Notes under the pieces: model-generated
What the model saw: the letters and a program-made list of their open reading frames with translations, nothing else
Database searches by the model: none
What the model was told of the DNA's origin: nothing
Position numbers and translations under genes: made by a program
Part shown: in pieces, positions 9,658-19,734 of the stretch
Numbering within the stretch: the first letter of the stretch is position 1
Layout of the letters: every line of letters begins with the position of its first letter
NCBI GenBank assembly: GCA_963783865.1
Contig: CAWAPD010000003.1
Coordinates: 485,009-549,008, forward strand
Direction: 5' to 3'
Length of the DNA stretch: 64,000 nucleotides
Source: an uncultured Actinomycetes bacterium
Lineage (GTDB): Bacteria > Actinomycetota > Thermoleophilia > UBA2241

Positions 9658-10653
9658 CTATCGGCCGACGAACGCCACCACGTAGACCAGATAGGCCATG
9701 TACATCGTCACCGCCCCGCCCAGCGACCACCACGTCAGGGTGTGCCTGAAGCGGAGCGTGAGGTAGAACACGGTCCCTGAGATCAGCGCCAGCACCCCCG
9801 ACACCAGGCCGGTGCGCGTCAGGTCCCACTCCGTGAAGATCAGCCCGATCGACACCGGGAACGTGCTCTGGAACACCATCGCGCCGGTGATGTTGCCCAG
9901 CGCCAGCGTGTCCTTCTTCTGCCGCACCCAGATCACCGAGTTGAACTTCTCGGGCAGCTCGGTCGCGATGGGGGAGAGCAGCAGCGAGACGATGAGCGGG
10001 TCGGCGCCGAGCGAGAGGCTCACCGTGTTGATCTGGTCGACGAAGATCTTGGCCCCGAGCACGATGCCCGCGGTGCTGACGATCAGCTGCAGGATGATGC
10101 GGCGCCGGTGGGGCATCACCGGGTGGCGGTGGAAGTACAAGGGCTTGAGCTCGCCGCCGAGGTCGCCCTCGGACCGCATCGTCCGGTACACGTAGAAGCC
10201 GTAGGCGACGAGCAGGCAGGGCGCGATGATCCACTTCACGTGCATCACCGGGATGAGGCCGGCGACCATCGCGACGCTGTAGGCGATCAGGAAGTAGAGG
10301 AGGTCGCGTCGCATGACGGTCTCGTTGATCGTGACCTCACGCGGGCGGCGGCCGCGCCAGGCGAAGTAGTAGACGGCGGCGCCGGTGACGAACATCGCCA
10401 GGCTCGAGAGCATGAACGGGGCGCCGAGGATGGCGCCGATGCCGATCTCGTCGCCGGCGGCCTTGCCGCTGAACAGGATGGCGATGATCGGCACCAGCGT
10501 CTCGGGCAGGGCCGTGCCGACGGCGGCGAGCACGCTGCCCACGGCGCCCTCGCCGAGCTCGAACCGGCGTCCGAACCACTCGACCGCGTTGGTGAAGCCC
10601 TCGGCCGAGATCAGGATGATGACGAGGGCGACGAGAAGCAGGGCGTAGGTCAT
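9658..10653 (-). CDS. Ca2+/Na+ (CaCA family, YrbG-like) cation antiporter
   Basis: Two alpha-repeat regions (GNAVEWFG... / GAMVFQSTFPVSIGL...) across about 10 TM helices; ATG MTYALLL at 10653 (alternative ATG 10668); upstream part of the ORF-track frame is artefact. Confidence 0.75.
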   Translation of the reverse strand: MTYALLLVALVIILISAEGFTNAVEWFGRRFELGEGAVGSVLAAVGTALPETLVPIIAILFSGKAAGDEIGIGAILGAPFMLSSLAMFVTGAAVYYFAWRGRRPREVTINETVMRRDLLYFLIAYSVAMVAGLIPVMHVKWIIAPCLLVAYGFYVYRTMRSEGDLGGELKPLYFHRHPVMPHRRRIILQLIVSTAGIVLGAKIFVDQINTVSLSLGADPLIVSLLLSPIATELPEKFNSVIWVRQKKDTLALGNITGAMVFQSTFPVSIGLIFTEWDLTRTGLVSGVLALISGTVFYLTLRFRHTLTWWSLGGAVTMYMAYLVYVVAFVGR

Positions 10654-10814
10654 CGTGCGCGGGAGCATACCATGGCCCCGGACGGCGGCTCGCCGCCGTC
10701 CGGGGCCCGGTGGAACGAGCCCGGTCGGCGCTCGCGGCGCGCGAAGGCGGGCGGGCCAGAAGACGCCGAAGGCGGGGCGGCCGTCCGGCCGCCCCGCCTT
10801 CGGACCACCCGCGA

Positions 10815-12317
10815 CTACCCGATGTTGAAGACGTGCCTGATCAGGGGGAACGCGAAGTAGACGACGAAGCCGGCGCTGGCGAGGTACATCATCCAGTTCA
10901 CCTCGCGCGCCTTGCCCTGCGCGATGCGGATGATGCAGTACGAGATGAAGCCGGCGCCGATGCCGTTGGTGATGCTGTAGGTGAGGGGCATGATCGTCAT
11001 GATGAGGACGGCCGGCAGGCCGAAGGCGAGGTCGCCGAAGTCGATCCCGGAGAACGCCTTGCGCTCGCCGTTCTCGTGCTCCGCCTTGCCTTCGCCCTCG
11101 GTCAGCGTGCGCATCATCAGGAAGCCGACGATGATCAGGGCCGGAGCCGTGGCGTTGGCCGGCACGACGGCGGCGATCGGCGAGAAGAACATCGCCACCA
11201 GGAACAGCACCGCCACGATCACCCCGACCCAGCCGGTGCGACCGCCCACGCCCACGCCGGCGCCCGACTCGATGTAGGTCGTGGCCGACGAGGACGAGAC
11301 GGCGCCGCCGGCGATCGCCGCCACGGAGTCGACCAGCAGCGGCTTCTTGACGTCGGGCAGGTCGCCCTTGTCGTCGAGGTAGCCGGCCTGGCTGCCGACG
11401 CCCACCAGGGTCCCCATCGTGTCGAAGAAGTCGGACAGCATGAGGCTGAACACCCAAAGGATCGTGGCTGCGATGCCGAGCTTGGCGAACGACCCGAAGT
11501 TGAACGCGCCGATGAGGCTGAAGTCGGGGTTGGCGACGATCTTGTGGGGGATCTCGGCGATGCCCTGGTCGACGCCGTTCGAGAGGAACGCCTTCTTGTC
11601 GTAGATGTAGTTGAGGATGGTGGCGAAGACCGTCGAGAAGACGATGCCGAGCAGGATGGCGGCCTTCCAGCCGCGGGCCAGCATGATCATGGTCACGACG
11701 AGGCCGAAGATCGTCACCGCGACCGGCACGCCGATCAGGACGCCGAGGGTCACGGGGGTCCCGTCCCCGATGATGACGATGCCGCCGTCGACGAGCCCGA
11801 TGAACAGGATGAAGAAGCCGATGCCGATGGCGATCGCCTTCTTCAACGGCAGCGGGATCGCCTTGAAGATCGCCGTCCGCGCGCCGGTGAGCACGAGGAT
11901 CGTGATGGCTATGCCCTCCATCACGATGACGCCCATGGCCTCGGCCATCGTGAGACCACCGGCGGCGACGAGGCTGAAGGCGACGATCGCGTTGATGCCC
12001 AGTCCGGGGGCGATGGCGTAGGCGCGGTTTGTGTAGAGGCCCATGATCAGGGTCATGACGCCGGCCACGAGGCAGGTAGACGTCAGCACGGCGGGGAACG
12101 ACAGGCCCTTCGACTGCAGCGCGGGGATGCCCGTGAAGCTCAGGATCGACGGGTTCACGAAGATGATGTACGCCATGACCATGAAGGTCGTGAGCCCGGC
12201 CATGGTGTCGCGACGGACGGTCGTGCCGTTCGCGTTGAACTTGAAGAACCGCTCGAGCGCTCCCGCGCCCGCCGGCGGCCCCTCCGCCGGGACTGCCTGC
12301 GTGGGACCCGCTGCCAT
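10815..12317 (-). CDS. NCS2-family purine (adenine/guanine/hypoxanthine) permease, AzgA/PbuG-like
   Basis: FKFNANGTTVRRDTMAGLTTFMVMAYIIFVNPSIL N-terminus characteristic of AzgA/PbuG; about 12 TM; ATG 12317 preceded by AGGAGG. Confidence 0.8.
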   Translation of the reverse strand: MAAGPTQAVPAEGPPAGAGALERFFKFNANGTTVRRDTMAGLTTFMVMAYIIFVNPSILSFTGIPALQSKGLSFPAVLTSTCLVAGVMTLIMGLYTNRAYAIAPGLGINAIVAFSLVAAGGLTMAEAMGVIVMEGIAITILVLTGARTAIFKAIPLPLKKAIAIGIGFFILFIGLVDGGIVIIGDGTPVTLGVLIGVPVAVTIFGLVVTMIMLARGWKAAILLGIVFSTVFATILNYIYDKKAFLSNGVDQGIAEIPHKIVANPDFSLIGAFNFGSFAKLGIAATILWVFSLMLSDFFDTMGTLVGVGSQAGYLDDKGDLPDVKKPLLVDSVAAIAGGAVSSSSATTYIESGAGVGVGGRTGWVGVIVAVLFLVAMFFSPIAAVVPANATAPALIIVGFLMMRTLTEGEGKAEHENGERKAFSGIDFGDLAFGLPAVLIMTIMPLTYSITNGIGAGFISYCIIRIAQGKAREVNWMMYLASAGFVVYFAFPLIRHVFNIG

Positions 12318-12505
12318 GGGTACCTCCTGTCCGTGGCCGTCGACGACGACCTTCCCCTCTCTCGTCGCGGAGCGTATGTGAGGGGATGGTGGAGGGTCAA
12401 CGGGCGGGGGGCGGGGGGCCCGCGGCCCGCCGCCCCCCGCCCGTTGACAGCGCCTCGCTTCGCGCATATCTTCAGGCGCCCAGGCAGCGAAAGGATTCCG
12501 TCCAG

Positions 12506-13768
12506 GTGGACGCCGACCCCGGCCGATTAGAACTCTCCGACCTCGAATCGATGACGGTGGTCGACGCCGCCGGCCACGAGGTCGGCGAGCTGGCCGACGT
12601 CCTGGCCGCCCTCTCGCCCGCGCCGCCCGCCGTGACCGCCTTCATCGTCGAACGCGACGACGAGCAGCTGCGCGCCGACTGGGACCAGGTGCGGGCGATC
12701 GACGTCGACGACGAGCGGCTCACGCTGTCGGTCGCCGGCGACGTGCTGGCGCCGGCCTCGCTCTCCGAAGAGGAGATCGGGCTCGTCGACTCGGTGCTCG
12801 ACAAGCAGGTGCTCGACGTGGAGCGGCGCAAGTTCGTACGCGTCCAGGACGTGGCCATCGAGCCCTTCGAGGACCGTCTGATCGTGGCCGGCGTCGACAC
12901 CAGCAGCGGCGCCGTCATGCGGCGCATGGGTCTGGGGTTCCTGGGCCGCGGCCTGCGCCGCCGCCCCGGCGACTTCGTGCCCTGGGACGACGTCAACCTC
13001 ATCTCCGTACGGCTCTCGCGGGCCAACTTCGTCGAGGCGTTCACCGAGATAGCGGAGCTGCATCCGGCCGACCTGGCCGACATCGTCAGCCAGGTCGGCC
13101 CGCGGGAGCGCGCCGCCGTGCTGGCGGCCCTGAACGCGCCGCTGGCCGCCGACACCCTGCAGGAGATGGACCCCGAGCTGTGCACCGGCGCGCTGGCCGA
13201 GATGCCGGCCCACCGGGCCGCCGCCGTACTGCGCCACATCGACCCCGACGAGGCCGCCGACATGCTGGCCGAGCTGCCCGACGAGGTGGCCGAGCAGCTC
13301 CTCGACCTCCTGCCACCCGACGAGGCCGGCGCGCTGCGGGGCCTGGCCAGCCACCCGGAGCACTCGGCGGGGGCGCTGATGACGACGGATCTCGTCGCCC
13401 TGCCGGCCGCCATGACCGCCGACGCCGCCCTGGCGCGGATCAAAGCGGAGCGTCCCGAGCCGGTCGCCCTGGCCGTGATCCTGCTCCTCGACCGCGACGA
13501 GCGGCTCTGCGGCACGGTCTCGCTGGCCGAGCTCGTGCTGGCCGACCCCGGGCAGGCCCTGACCGGGATCTGCTCCGAGGACGCACCGCAGGTCGGTCCC
13601 GACGCCGACGAGCAGGAGGTCGGCCGTCTGATGACCAAGTACAACCTGCTGGCGCTCCCGGTGACCGACGCCGACGGCCGGGTGCTGGGCGTGGTGACGC
13701 TCGACGACGCGGTCGACGCGATCGTGCCCGACGAGTGGAAGCGGCGACTGCCGCGGCTCTTCCGCTAG
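12506..13768 (+). CDS. PRC-barrel + MgtE N-terminal + CBS-pair domain protein (MgtE cytosolic-domain homolog lacking the membrane pore)
   Basis: MgtE_N-like acidic helices (MLAELPDEVAEQLLDLLPPDEAGAL) followed by two CBS motifs; no TM region; GTG start after AAGGA. Confidence 0.6.
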   Translation: MDADPGRLELSDLESMTVVDAAGHEVGELADVLAALSPAPPAVTAFIVERDDEQLRADWDQVRAIDVDDERLTLSVAGDVLAPASLSEEEIGLVDSVLDKQVLDVERRKFVRVQDVAIEPFEDRLIVAGVDTSSGAVMRRMGLGFLGRGLRRRPGDFVPWDDVNLISVRLSRANFVEAFTEIAELHPADLADIVSQVGPRERAAVLAALNAPLAADTLQEMDPELCTGALAEMPAHRAAAVLRHIDPDEAADMLAELPDEVAEQLLDLLPPDEAGALRGLASHPEHSAGALMTTDLVALPAAMTADAALARIKAERPEPVALAVILLLDRDERLCGTVSLAELVLADPGQALTGICSEDAPQVGPDADEQEVGRLMTKYNLLALPVTDADGRVLGVVTLDDAVDAIVPDEWKRRLPRLFR

Positions 13769-13777
13769 GCCGGCGTC

Positions 13778-14371
13778 CTAGACCGGCTGGGTGACCGGCC
13801 CCGTCTGGACCTCGGTGGCATGGCTGCGGCGCGGCGTGGCGATCAGGGTGTCCAGCTCGAGCCGGTACCGCGCGACGGCGCCGCTCGAACGCAGCCGGCG
13901 GAAGCCGTTCCCTTCCAGCACCGAGCCGTTGAACAGGTTCAAGTCGCGAAGATAGCCGTGGAACCTGTCCTCGGGGCTCGGGTGCAGCAGACCGTAGGCC
14001 TCGAGCGCCTCGGCGTCGCGCCGCTTGAGGGTCGCGACCACGTCCTGCAGCAGGGACTGGAACCCCGGCAGGAACTCGGCGTCGTAGAAGTAGGCACAGG
14101 TCAACAGCACGGCGTCGGACGACGGCGCGCCGCCCGGCAGGCGGCGGGCGCGCGCCACGAGGGCGCCCGGGGCCACCTGCATCCAGCCGAGAACGTCGGC
14201 GCCCTCGAGCAGCGCCCGCCCCACCAGGCCCGACTCGGCCTCGACGGCGCGCTCCCAGTCGACGCGGTCCTGTGCCGCGCCGGTCGCGGCGTCGGTCTGC
14301 CACCAGGTGCAGGTGGCGCACACCGCGGGGAGAAGCTCGCGGTCGGCGCCGCGGACGTCGACCGCTCTCAT
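13778..14371 (-). CDS. hypothetical protein (possible GNAT-fold acetyltransferase)
   Basis: ATG overlaps upstream Asp23 stop (ATGA); weak GNAT-like C-terminal strand (LEGNGFRRL); assignment tentative. Confidence 0.4.
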   Translation of the reverse strand: MRAVDVRGADRELLPAVCATCTWWQTDAATGAAQDRVDWERAVEAESGLVGRALLEGADVLGWMQVAPGALVARARRLPGGAPSSDAVLLTCAYFYDAEFLPGFQSLLQDVVATLKRRDAEALEAYGLLHPSPEDRFHGYLRDLNLFNGSVLEGNGFRRLRSSGAVARYRLELDTLIATPRRSHATEVQTGPVTQPV

Positions 14372-14718
14372 GCGTCGGCCGGCGGCTCGTCCCAGACGAT
14401 GTCGTCGACGAACACGGTCACGCCGTCGAGCTCGATGCCGGTCATGCTCCTCAGGTAGTCGGCCGCCTGGCGCCGGATCGCCGGCGTGAGGTCGGCCAGG
14501 TGGGCGTCGGGCCGGATCACCACGTGGATCTCGAGGACGGTCCTGCCCGCGTGGTCGGCGAGGCGCACGGGGCCGTGCCACTCGACGTGCACGCGTTCGC
14601 CCAGCGACTGCAGCGGGGTGCGGTACAGGTCGGCCACGCCGGGCAGCGACTTGATCGCGTCCCAGACGTAGGTGGTGACGACCTCGGGGGAGTAGCTCTT
14701 CTCGGCCGGACCGGGCAC
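14368..14718 (-). CDS. Asp23/Gls24 family (alkaline shock protein-like) protein
   Basis: VPGPAEKSYSPEVVTTYVWDAIKSLPGVADL... typical of Asp23 family; GTG start 6 nt after AGGAGG. Confidence 0.75.
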   Translation of the reverse strand: MPGPAEKSYSPEVVTTYVWDAIKSLPGVADLYRTPLQSLGERVHVEWHGPVRLADHAGRTVLEIHVVIRPDAHLADLTPAIRRQAADYLRSMTGIELDGVTVFVDDIVWDEPPADA

Positions 14719-14860
14719 GCGGGCCTCCTGGATGGCTGGCTCTCCAAGCACCTTCGCGCCGGATTATAGCCGCTCGCGGGGGCCAAGGGCGTCATTTGCG
14801 CCCGCAGAACGGCTCGCCGTATACTCACGGTCCGACGCCGCCGGAACGACGGCTCCCCGT

Positions 14861-16324
14861 ATGAACGCTTCCCGTGACGACATGACGACCGTCTATCGCG
14901 CCGACTGGGTGCTCCCCATCGGCGCGCCGGTGCTTCGGCCCGGCGCCGTGGCCGTGCGCGGTGACACGATCGCCGCCGTGGGACCGGCCGACGAGCTCGT
15001 CGCCGCGCACCCCGGCGCCGAGCTCGTCGATTTCGGCCAGGCGATGATCCTGCCCGGCTTCGTCGACACCCACAGCCACCTCGAGTACACGACCTTCCGC
15101 GGCATCCTCGACGACGAGAACTTCGGCGACTGGATCATCAGCCTCATCGACGTGAAGGCGGCCCTGTCGCCCGACGAGTACCTGATGAGCGCCCGCATGG
15201 GCGCCGCCGAGGCGCTCATGTCGGGCATCACCACGGTCGCCGACACGAGCTACGGCGGGGCCTCGCTGGCGGCCGCCGCCGAGGCGGGCCTGCGCGGCAT
15301 CGTCTACGCCGAGGTCTTCGGCGTCGACGACAGCCGCCTCGACGAGACGCTGGCCGACCTCGAGGCCCGCCTCGAACGGCTGCAGGCCCAGGCCCCGCCC
15401 CAGATCGCGATCGGCGTCGCGCCGCACGCGACCTACACGGTCTCGAGCCGGCTCTTCCAGCGGCTCGCCGCGCTGGCCCGAGAGCGCGGCATGAAGCTGG
15501 CCAGCCACGTCGCGGAGAGCCAGGACGAGGTCACCTACATCCGCTCCGGGTCCGGCAAGTTCGCCCACGACTACCGCGAGAAGATGGGCTGGGAGCGGAT
15601 GCTGATCCAGCCGTACGGGGTGAGCCCGATCAAGTACCTTCAGCAGTGGGGCGTGTTCGACCGCGACTTCCTGGCCGTGCACTGCGTGTACGCCAGCAAG
15701 GACGACATCCGCATCCTCAAGGCCAAGGACGTGGCCGTTGCCCACTGCCCCAAGAGCAACGCCAAGACGGGCTGCGGCATCGCCCCCCTGCCCGACCTGC
15801 TGCGCGCCGGCGTGCGCGTCGGGTTCGGCACCGACAGCCCGGCCTCGAGCAACATCATGGACATGTTCGATGAGATGCGCACCGCCCTGTTCCTGCACCG
15901 CGGGGTCGAGCGCGACGTCGACGTGCTCGACGCCGAGCGCTGCGTGCGCATCGCGACGCTGGGCGGTGCCGAGGCTCTCGGGCTCGACGACCGTGTCGGG
16001 TCGCTCGAGGCCGGCAAGCTGGCCGACCTGATCGCCGTCGACGTCTCGAGTTCGCACTTCGCGCCCATCGGGGACCCGTACTCGGCTCTCGTCTACGGTG
16101 CCAACCAGGACGACGTGCTGTTCACGTGCGTCGGAGGCCGCGCCGCCTATCGCGACGGCGTCGTCCCCGGCATCGACGTCGAGGCCGTGCACGCGGAGAG
16201 CCTGACCGTGCGCGAACGCCTGCAACGCCGCGTGCGCGAGGGCAGCATGCGCGTCGGCTCGGCCACGTCCGGCTGGTGGCACACGACGAGTCCTGCCGCC
16301 GCCACCCCCACCCAGGGAGACTGA
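14861..16324 (+). CDS. amidohydrolase superfamily, MtaD/chlorohydrolase (TRZ/ATZ)-like deaminase
   Basis: PGFVDTHSHL metal-binding HxH, overall similarity to 5-methylthioadenosine/SAH deaminases; ATG 14861 (alternative 14882). Confidence 0.8.
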   Translation: MNASRDDMTTVYRADWVLPIGAPVLRPGAVAVRGDTIAAVGPADELVAAHPGAELVDFGQAMILPGFVDTHSHLEYTTFRGILDDENFGDWIISLIDVKAALSPDEYLMSARMGAAEALMSGITTVADTSYGGASLAAAAEAGLRGIVYAEVFGVDDSRLDETLADLEARLERLQAQAPPQIAIGVAPHATYTVSSRLFQRLAALARERGMKLASHVAESQDEVTYIRSGSGKFAHDYREKMGWERMLIQPYGVSPIKYLQQWGVFDRDFLAVHCVYASKDDIRILKAKDVAVAHCPKSNAKTGCGIAPLPDLLRAGVRVGFGTDSPASSNIMDMFDEMRTALFLHRGVERDVDVLDAERCVRIATLGGAEALGLDDRVGSLEAGKLADLIAVDVSSSHFAPIGDPYSALVYGANQDDVLFTCVGGRAAYRDGVVPGIDVEAVHAESLTVRERLQRRVREGSMRVGSATSGWWHTTSPAAATPTQGD

Positions 16325-16327
16325 CAC

Positions 16328-16996
16328 ATGCTGCTCAACCGCCAACGCGTGAAGTTCTGGCAGAAGTGGATCTTCGGCTTCATGGCGTTCCTGATGGCCG
16401 CCTTCCTCATCTTCGGCTACTCGGGGGTGCTGACCAGCTGCATGAAGTCGGCCGGCGTGGCCACCGGCAGCGGCTACGACCAGGCGGTCGACAAGGCGAC
16501 GACCGCCTACAAGGCGGCGCCCAGGGACGCGGCGGCGATCCTGGCGCTGGCTCAGGCGTACCAGTCGCGGGCCCTCTCGCAGGTCGACGCGTCCAGCGGC
16601 CAGAAGAGCGACGCCCAGCAAGCCCTGCGATACTACGACAAGTACCTCGCGCTGCCCGCGGCCAAGCTTGGGGTCAACCCCCGGGCGGCGCGAATATCGG
16701 CGCTTCAGGCGCAGGTCCTCATGTACACGAAGCTCGAGCAGACCAGCGACCTCGTGCGCGTCTACAACAAGCTGATCGGGATCCAGCCGAAGAACCCCGA
16801 GTACTACCTGCAGCTCGGGGCGGCCGCCAGTGACGCGGGGGACACGCCTACGGCGCTCCTGGCGTTCAGCCGTTTCCTGCAACTGTCGCCCCGTTCGCAG
16901 TACGCTAGCCAGGTGAAGCAGCGAATCAAGACGCTCCAGGCGCAGCTCAGTTCGACGACTGCGCCCATACCGTCCGCCACCTCGAGCTCGAAGTGA
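16328..16996 (+). CDS. membrane-anchored TPR-like repeat protein, hypothetical
   Basis: N-terminal TM helix, helical repeats (AQAYQSRAL..., YYLQLGAAASDAGD...). Confidence 0.5.
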   Translation: MLLNRQRVKFWQKWIFGFMAFLMAAFLIFGYSGVLTSCMKSAGVATGSGYDQAVDKATTAYKAAPRDAAAILALAQAYQSRALSQVDASSGQKSDAQQALRYYDKYLALPAAKLGVNPRAARISALQAQVLMYTKLEQTSDLVRVYNKLIGIQPKNPEYYLQLGAAASDAGDTPTALLAFSRFLQLSPRSQYASQVKQRIKTLQAQLSSTTAPIPSATSSSK

Positions 16997-17003
16997 GGCC
17001 GAA

Positions 17004-17348
17004 ATGACCGATTTCTCGTCGACGACGTCGTTCCCCCGTGACGGGGTGGGTCTCGTCGAACTCACGGGAGAGGTCGACCTCTACACGGCGCCACGCTTCA
17101 AGCAGGACCTGGTCGGCGTGATCGAGGCCGGGGCTCGGGCCGTGGTCGTCGACCTGACCGGCGTGACGTTCATCGACTCGACGGCGCTCGGCGTGGTCAT
17201 CAGCGGCGTCAAGCGCATGGCCGAGGTCGACGGGCAGCTCGTGGTCGTGGCCTCGTCGCGGCCGGTCGTGCGGATCCTCGACATCACCGGGCTCGACAAG
17301 GTCCTCACGATCGTCGGCGACCGCGACGCCGCGCTCGCCGAGGTGTGA
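17004..17348 (+). CDS. STAS-domain anti-sigma factor antagonist (SpoIIAA/RsbV-like)
   Basis: LTGEVDLYTAPRFKQDL...VVDLTGVTFIDSTALGVV conserved STAS core with phosphorylatable Ser/Thr region. Confidence 0.8.
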   Translation: MTDFSSTTSFPRDGVGLVELTGEVDLYTAPRFKQDLVGVIEAGARAVVVDLTGVTFIDSTALGVVISGVKRMAEVDGQLVVVASSRPVVRILDITGLDKVLTIVGDRDAALAEV

Positions 17349-17383
17349 GCGCGCGCCCGCGAGAGGGCGCGCGCGTTTTGGCT
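17349..17383 (+). terminator. rho-independent terminator after STAS gene
   Basis: GCGCGCGCCC-GCGAGA-GGGCGCGCGC stem-loop followed by GTTTTGG. Confidence 0.6.
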
Positions 17384-17448
17384 CGACAGGCATCGGGTGA
17401 CGATGGTACAAGGTGTGCGTCCCGCGCACCGACGACCGTGAGAGCCGC

Positions 17449-19734
17449 ATGAGACTCATCGTCACCGAGAAGGATTCCGCCGCCCGCAAGATCGCCCAGA
17501 TCCTCGGCGGCCCCGTCAGCACGACCGAGCACGGCCGCGGGCGGCAGAAGGTCAGGTCGTACTCGTTCACCTGGAAGGGCGAGCCGGCCGTCGCGGTCGG
17601 CCTGCGCGGCCATGTGATGGAGACGGCGTTCCCCAACACCTACCGCCGCTGGAGCCTCAAGACCCTCGACAAGATGACCCGCGAGCCGAGCCTGGCGTGG
17701 GTGGTCGACGGCGCCAGCGCGTCCACCGTCGCGGCGCTGCGGTCGGCGGCCAAGGGCGCCACCGAGGTGATCGTGGCGACCGACTACGACCGCGAGGGTG
17801 AACTGATCGGCGAGGAGGCGCTGCGGATCCTGCGCGGCGACGCCCTGCGCCGCCACCCCGGCGACAAGCCCGAGAAGGCCGCCCGGCGCGGCAAGAGGGC
17901 GGCGGCGGGCGGGCGCCGCCCCGCGGCGCCGCCCCCGCCGCCGCTCGACGGCGACGACGGCGAGGTCAAGCTCAAGCCGGCGCTGCCCGAGGCGATCGTC
18001 GACCGCCACCACCGGGCCCGCTACTCGGCTCTCACGACCGAAGAGGTCGAGCGCGCCTTCGCCAAGCTCGGCACCCTCGACTTCAACCTCGCCGACGCCG
18101 CCCACACGCGGCAGGACATCGACCTGATCTGGGGCGCCGTGCTCACCCGCTTCATGTCGCTGGCCTCCTACCGCTACGGCGCCGACTACCTGTCGATCGG
18201 CCGCGTGCAGACCCCGACCCTGCGGCTCGTGGTCGACCGCGAGCGCGAACGGCGCGCCTTCGTCGCCGTGCCCTACTGGGAGCTCGGAGCCGACCTGCAG
18301 GCCGGCACGGGCGAGCGGTTCACCGCCGAGCACGCGCACGGCCGCTTCGCCGCCGCCGCCGAGGCCGCAGCCGCCCTGGCGGGGGCCAGTGGCGGCACGG
18401 GCGAGGTGACCGCCTACGAGACCACCTCGCGCACGCTGGCGCCGCCGGCGCCCTTCAACACCACGGCCCTCATGAGCGCCGCCTCGAGCGCCGGCGTCGC
18501 GCCGGCGCGAGCCATGAGGGCGGCCGAGTCGCTCTACCTCGACGGGCTCATCAGCTACCCGCGCACCGACAACACGGTCTACCCGCCGTCGCTCGACCTC
18601 GGAGGCGTGCTGCGCACCCTCGAGGCCTACCGCCCGGTCGCCGCCATCGCCGGCGACCTCGCGGCCCAGGGCGCGCTGAAGCCCACCCGCGGCAAGAAGC
18701 AGACGACCGACCACCCCCCGATCTACCCGGTCGGCGTGCCCCGCACGGAGTTGCGCGGCGACCAGGCACGGGTCTACGACCTCGTCGCGCGCCGCTTCCT
18801 GGCGACGCTGTCGCCGCCGGCCGTGATCGAGAGCCAGCGACTCGACGTCCGCATCGGCAGCGAGCCGTTCGTCGCCCGCGGCAGCCGTGTCGCCAAGCCG
18901 GGCTACCTGCGGGCGTGGCAGCCGTACACGTCGGACCGCGAGAAGCCGCTGCCGCAGGCCGCGCCGAGCGACCTCGTCACCGTGCTCGAGGTGCGCAACG
19001 AGGCCAAGGAGACCCAGCCGCCCGGCCGCTACGGACAGGGCGCCCTGATCGAGAAGATGGAGGAGCTCGGCCTGGGGACCAAGGCGACCCGAGCCGACAT
19101 CATCCAGCACCTCTACGACCGCCACTACGTCGACGGCAACCAGGTCGAGCCCACCGGGCTGGGCATGGCCTTGATCGACGCCTTCGACGCCGCCATGGCC
19201 GAGGCCAGGATCGACATCTCCTCGCCGGCCATGACCGCTCGTCTCGAGCAGGAGATGGACGGCATCACCGAGGGCAAGCGCCGCCGCGACGAGGTCGTCG
19301 AAGACAGCCAGGAGATGCTGCTGCACGCGCTCAAGCTGCTCGAGGAGCACCTCGAGAAGATCCGTACCGTGATCCCCCAGGCGGCTCGCGAGGACCAGGG
19401 GATCGGTCTCATCCTGGGCACCTGCCAGGTGTGCGGCGGCCAGCTCAAGGTGCTGCGCGGCCGTACCGGCAAGCGGTTCGTCGCCTGCGTGGGCAAGGAG
19501 GGCGACGAGCCACGCGTGCCCGAGGGCGCGCCCGAGGGCACGCCGGGCCGGACCGGCTGCGGGCAAACATTCCCGCTCCCCCAGCGGGGTGCTATCATCG
19601 CGAAAGGGACCACCTGCGAGACCTGCGGGTGGCCCGAGATCACCGTGACGAAAACGGGCGGCCGCGGCAGACCGTGGCAGCTCTGTCTGGACCCGGATTG
19701 TCCCACCAAGGAGAAGTACAAGAAGCGCGCGTAG
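17449..19734 (+). CDS. topA: type IA DNA topoisomerase (TOPRIM + topoisomerase core, C-terminal zinc ribbons)
   Basis: N-terminal TOPRIM (LIVTEKDSAARKIAQIL), active-site region LISYPRTDN, two C-terminal CxxC...C motifs; ATG 17449. Confidence 0.85.
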   Translation: MRLIVTEKDSAARKIAQILGGPVSTTEHGRGRQKVRSYSFTWKGEPAVAVGLRGHVMETAFPNTYRRWSLKTLDKMTREPSLAWVVDGASASTVAALRSAAKGATEVIVATDYDREGELIGEEALRILRGDALRRHPGDKPEKAARRGKRAAAGGRRPAAPPPPPLDGDDGEVKLKPALPEAIVDRHHRARYSALTTEEVERAFAKLGTLDFNLADAAHTRQDIDLIWGAVLTRFMSLASYRYGADYLSIGRVQTPTLRLVVDRERERRAFVAVPYWELGADLQAGTGERFTAEHAHGRFAAAAEAAAALAGASGGTGEVTAYETTSRTLAPPAPFNTTALMSAASSAGVAPARAMRAAESLYLDGLISYPRTDNTVYPPSLDLGGVLRTLEAYRPVAAIAGDLAAQGALKPTRGKKQTTDHPPIYPVGVPRTELRGDQARVYDLVARRFLATLSPPAVIESQRLDVRIGSEPFVARGSRVAKPGYLRAWQPYTSDREKPLPQAAPSDLVTVLEVRNEAKETQPPGRYGQGALIEKMEELGLGTKATRADIIQHLYDRHYVDGNQVEPTGLGMALIDAFDAAMAEARIDISSPAMTARLEQEMDGITEGKRRRDEVVEDSQEMLLHALKLLEEHLEKIRTVIPQAAREDQGIGLILGTCQVCGGQLKVLRGRTGKRFVACVGKEGDEPRVPEGAPEGTPGRTGCGQTFPLPQRGAIIAKGTTCETCGWPEITVTKTGGRGRPWQLCLDPDCPTKEKYKKRA

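Noticed and set aside
12318-12505. Purine riboswitch in the leader of the NCS2 permease
   Set aside because: The minus-strand leader lacks the conserved junction core (UAUA...ACCGUAAAU...CUAC). Only generic GC hairpins are present.
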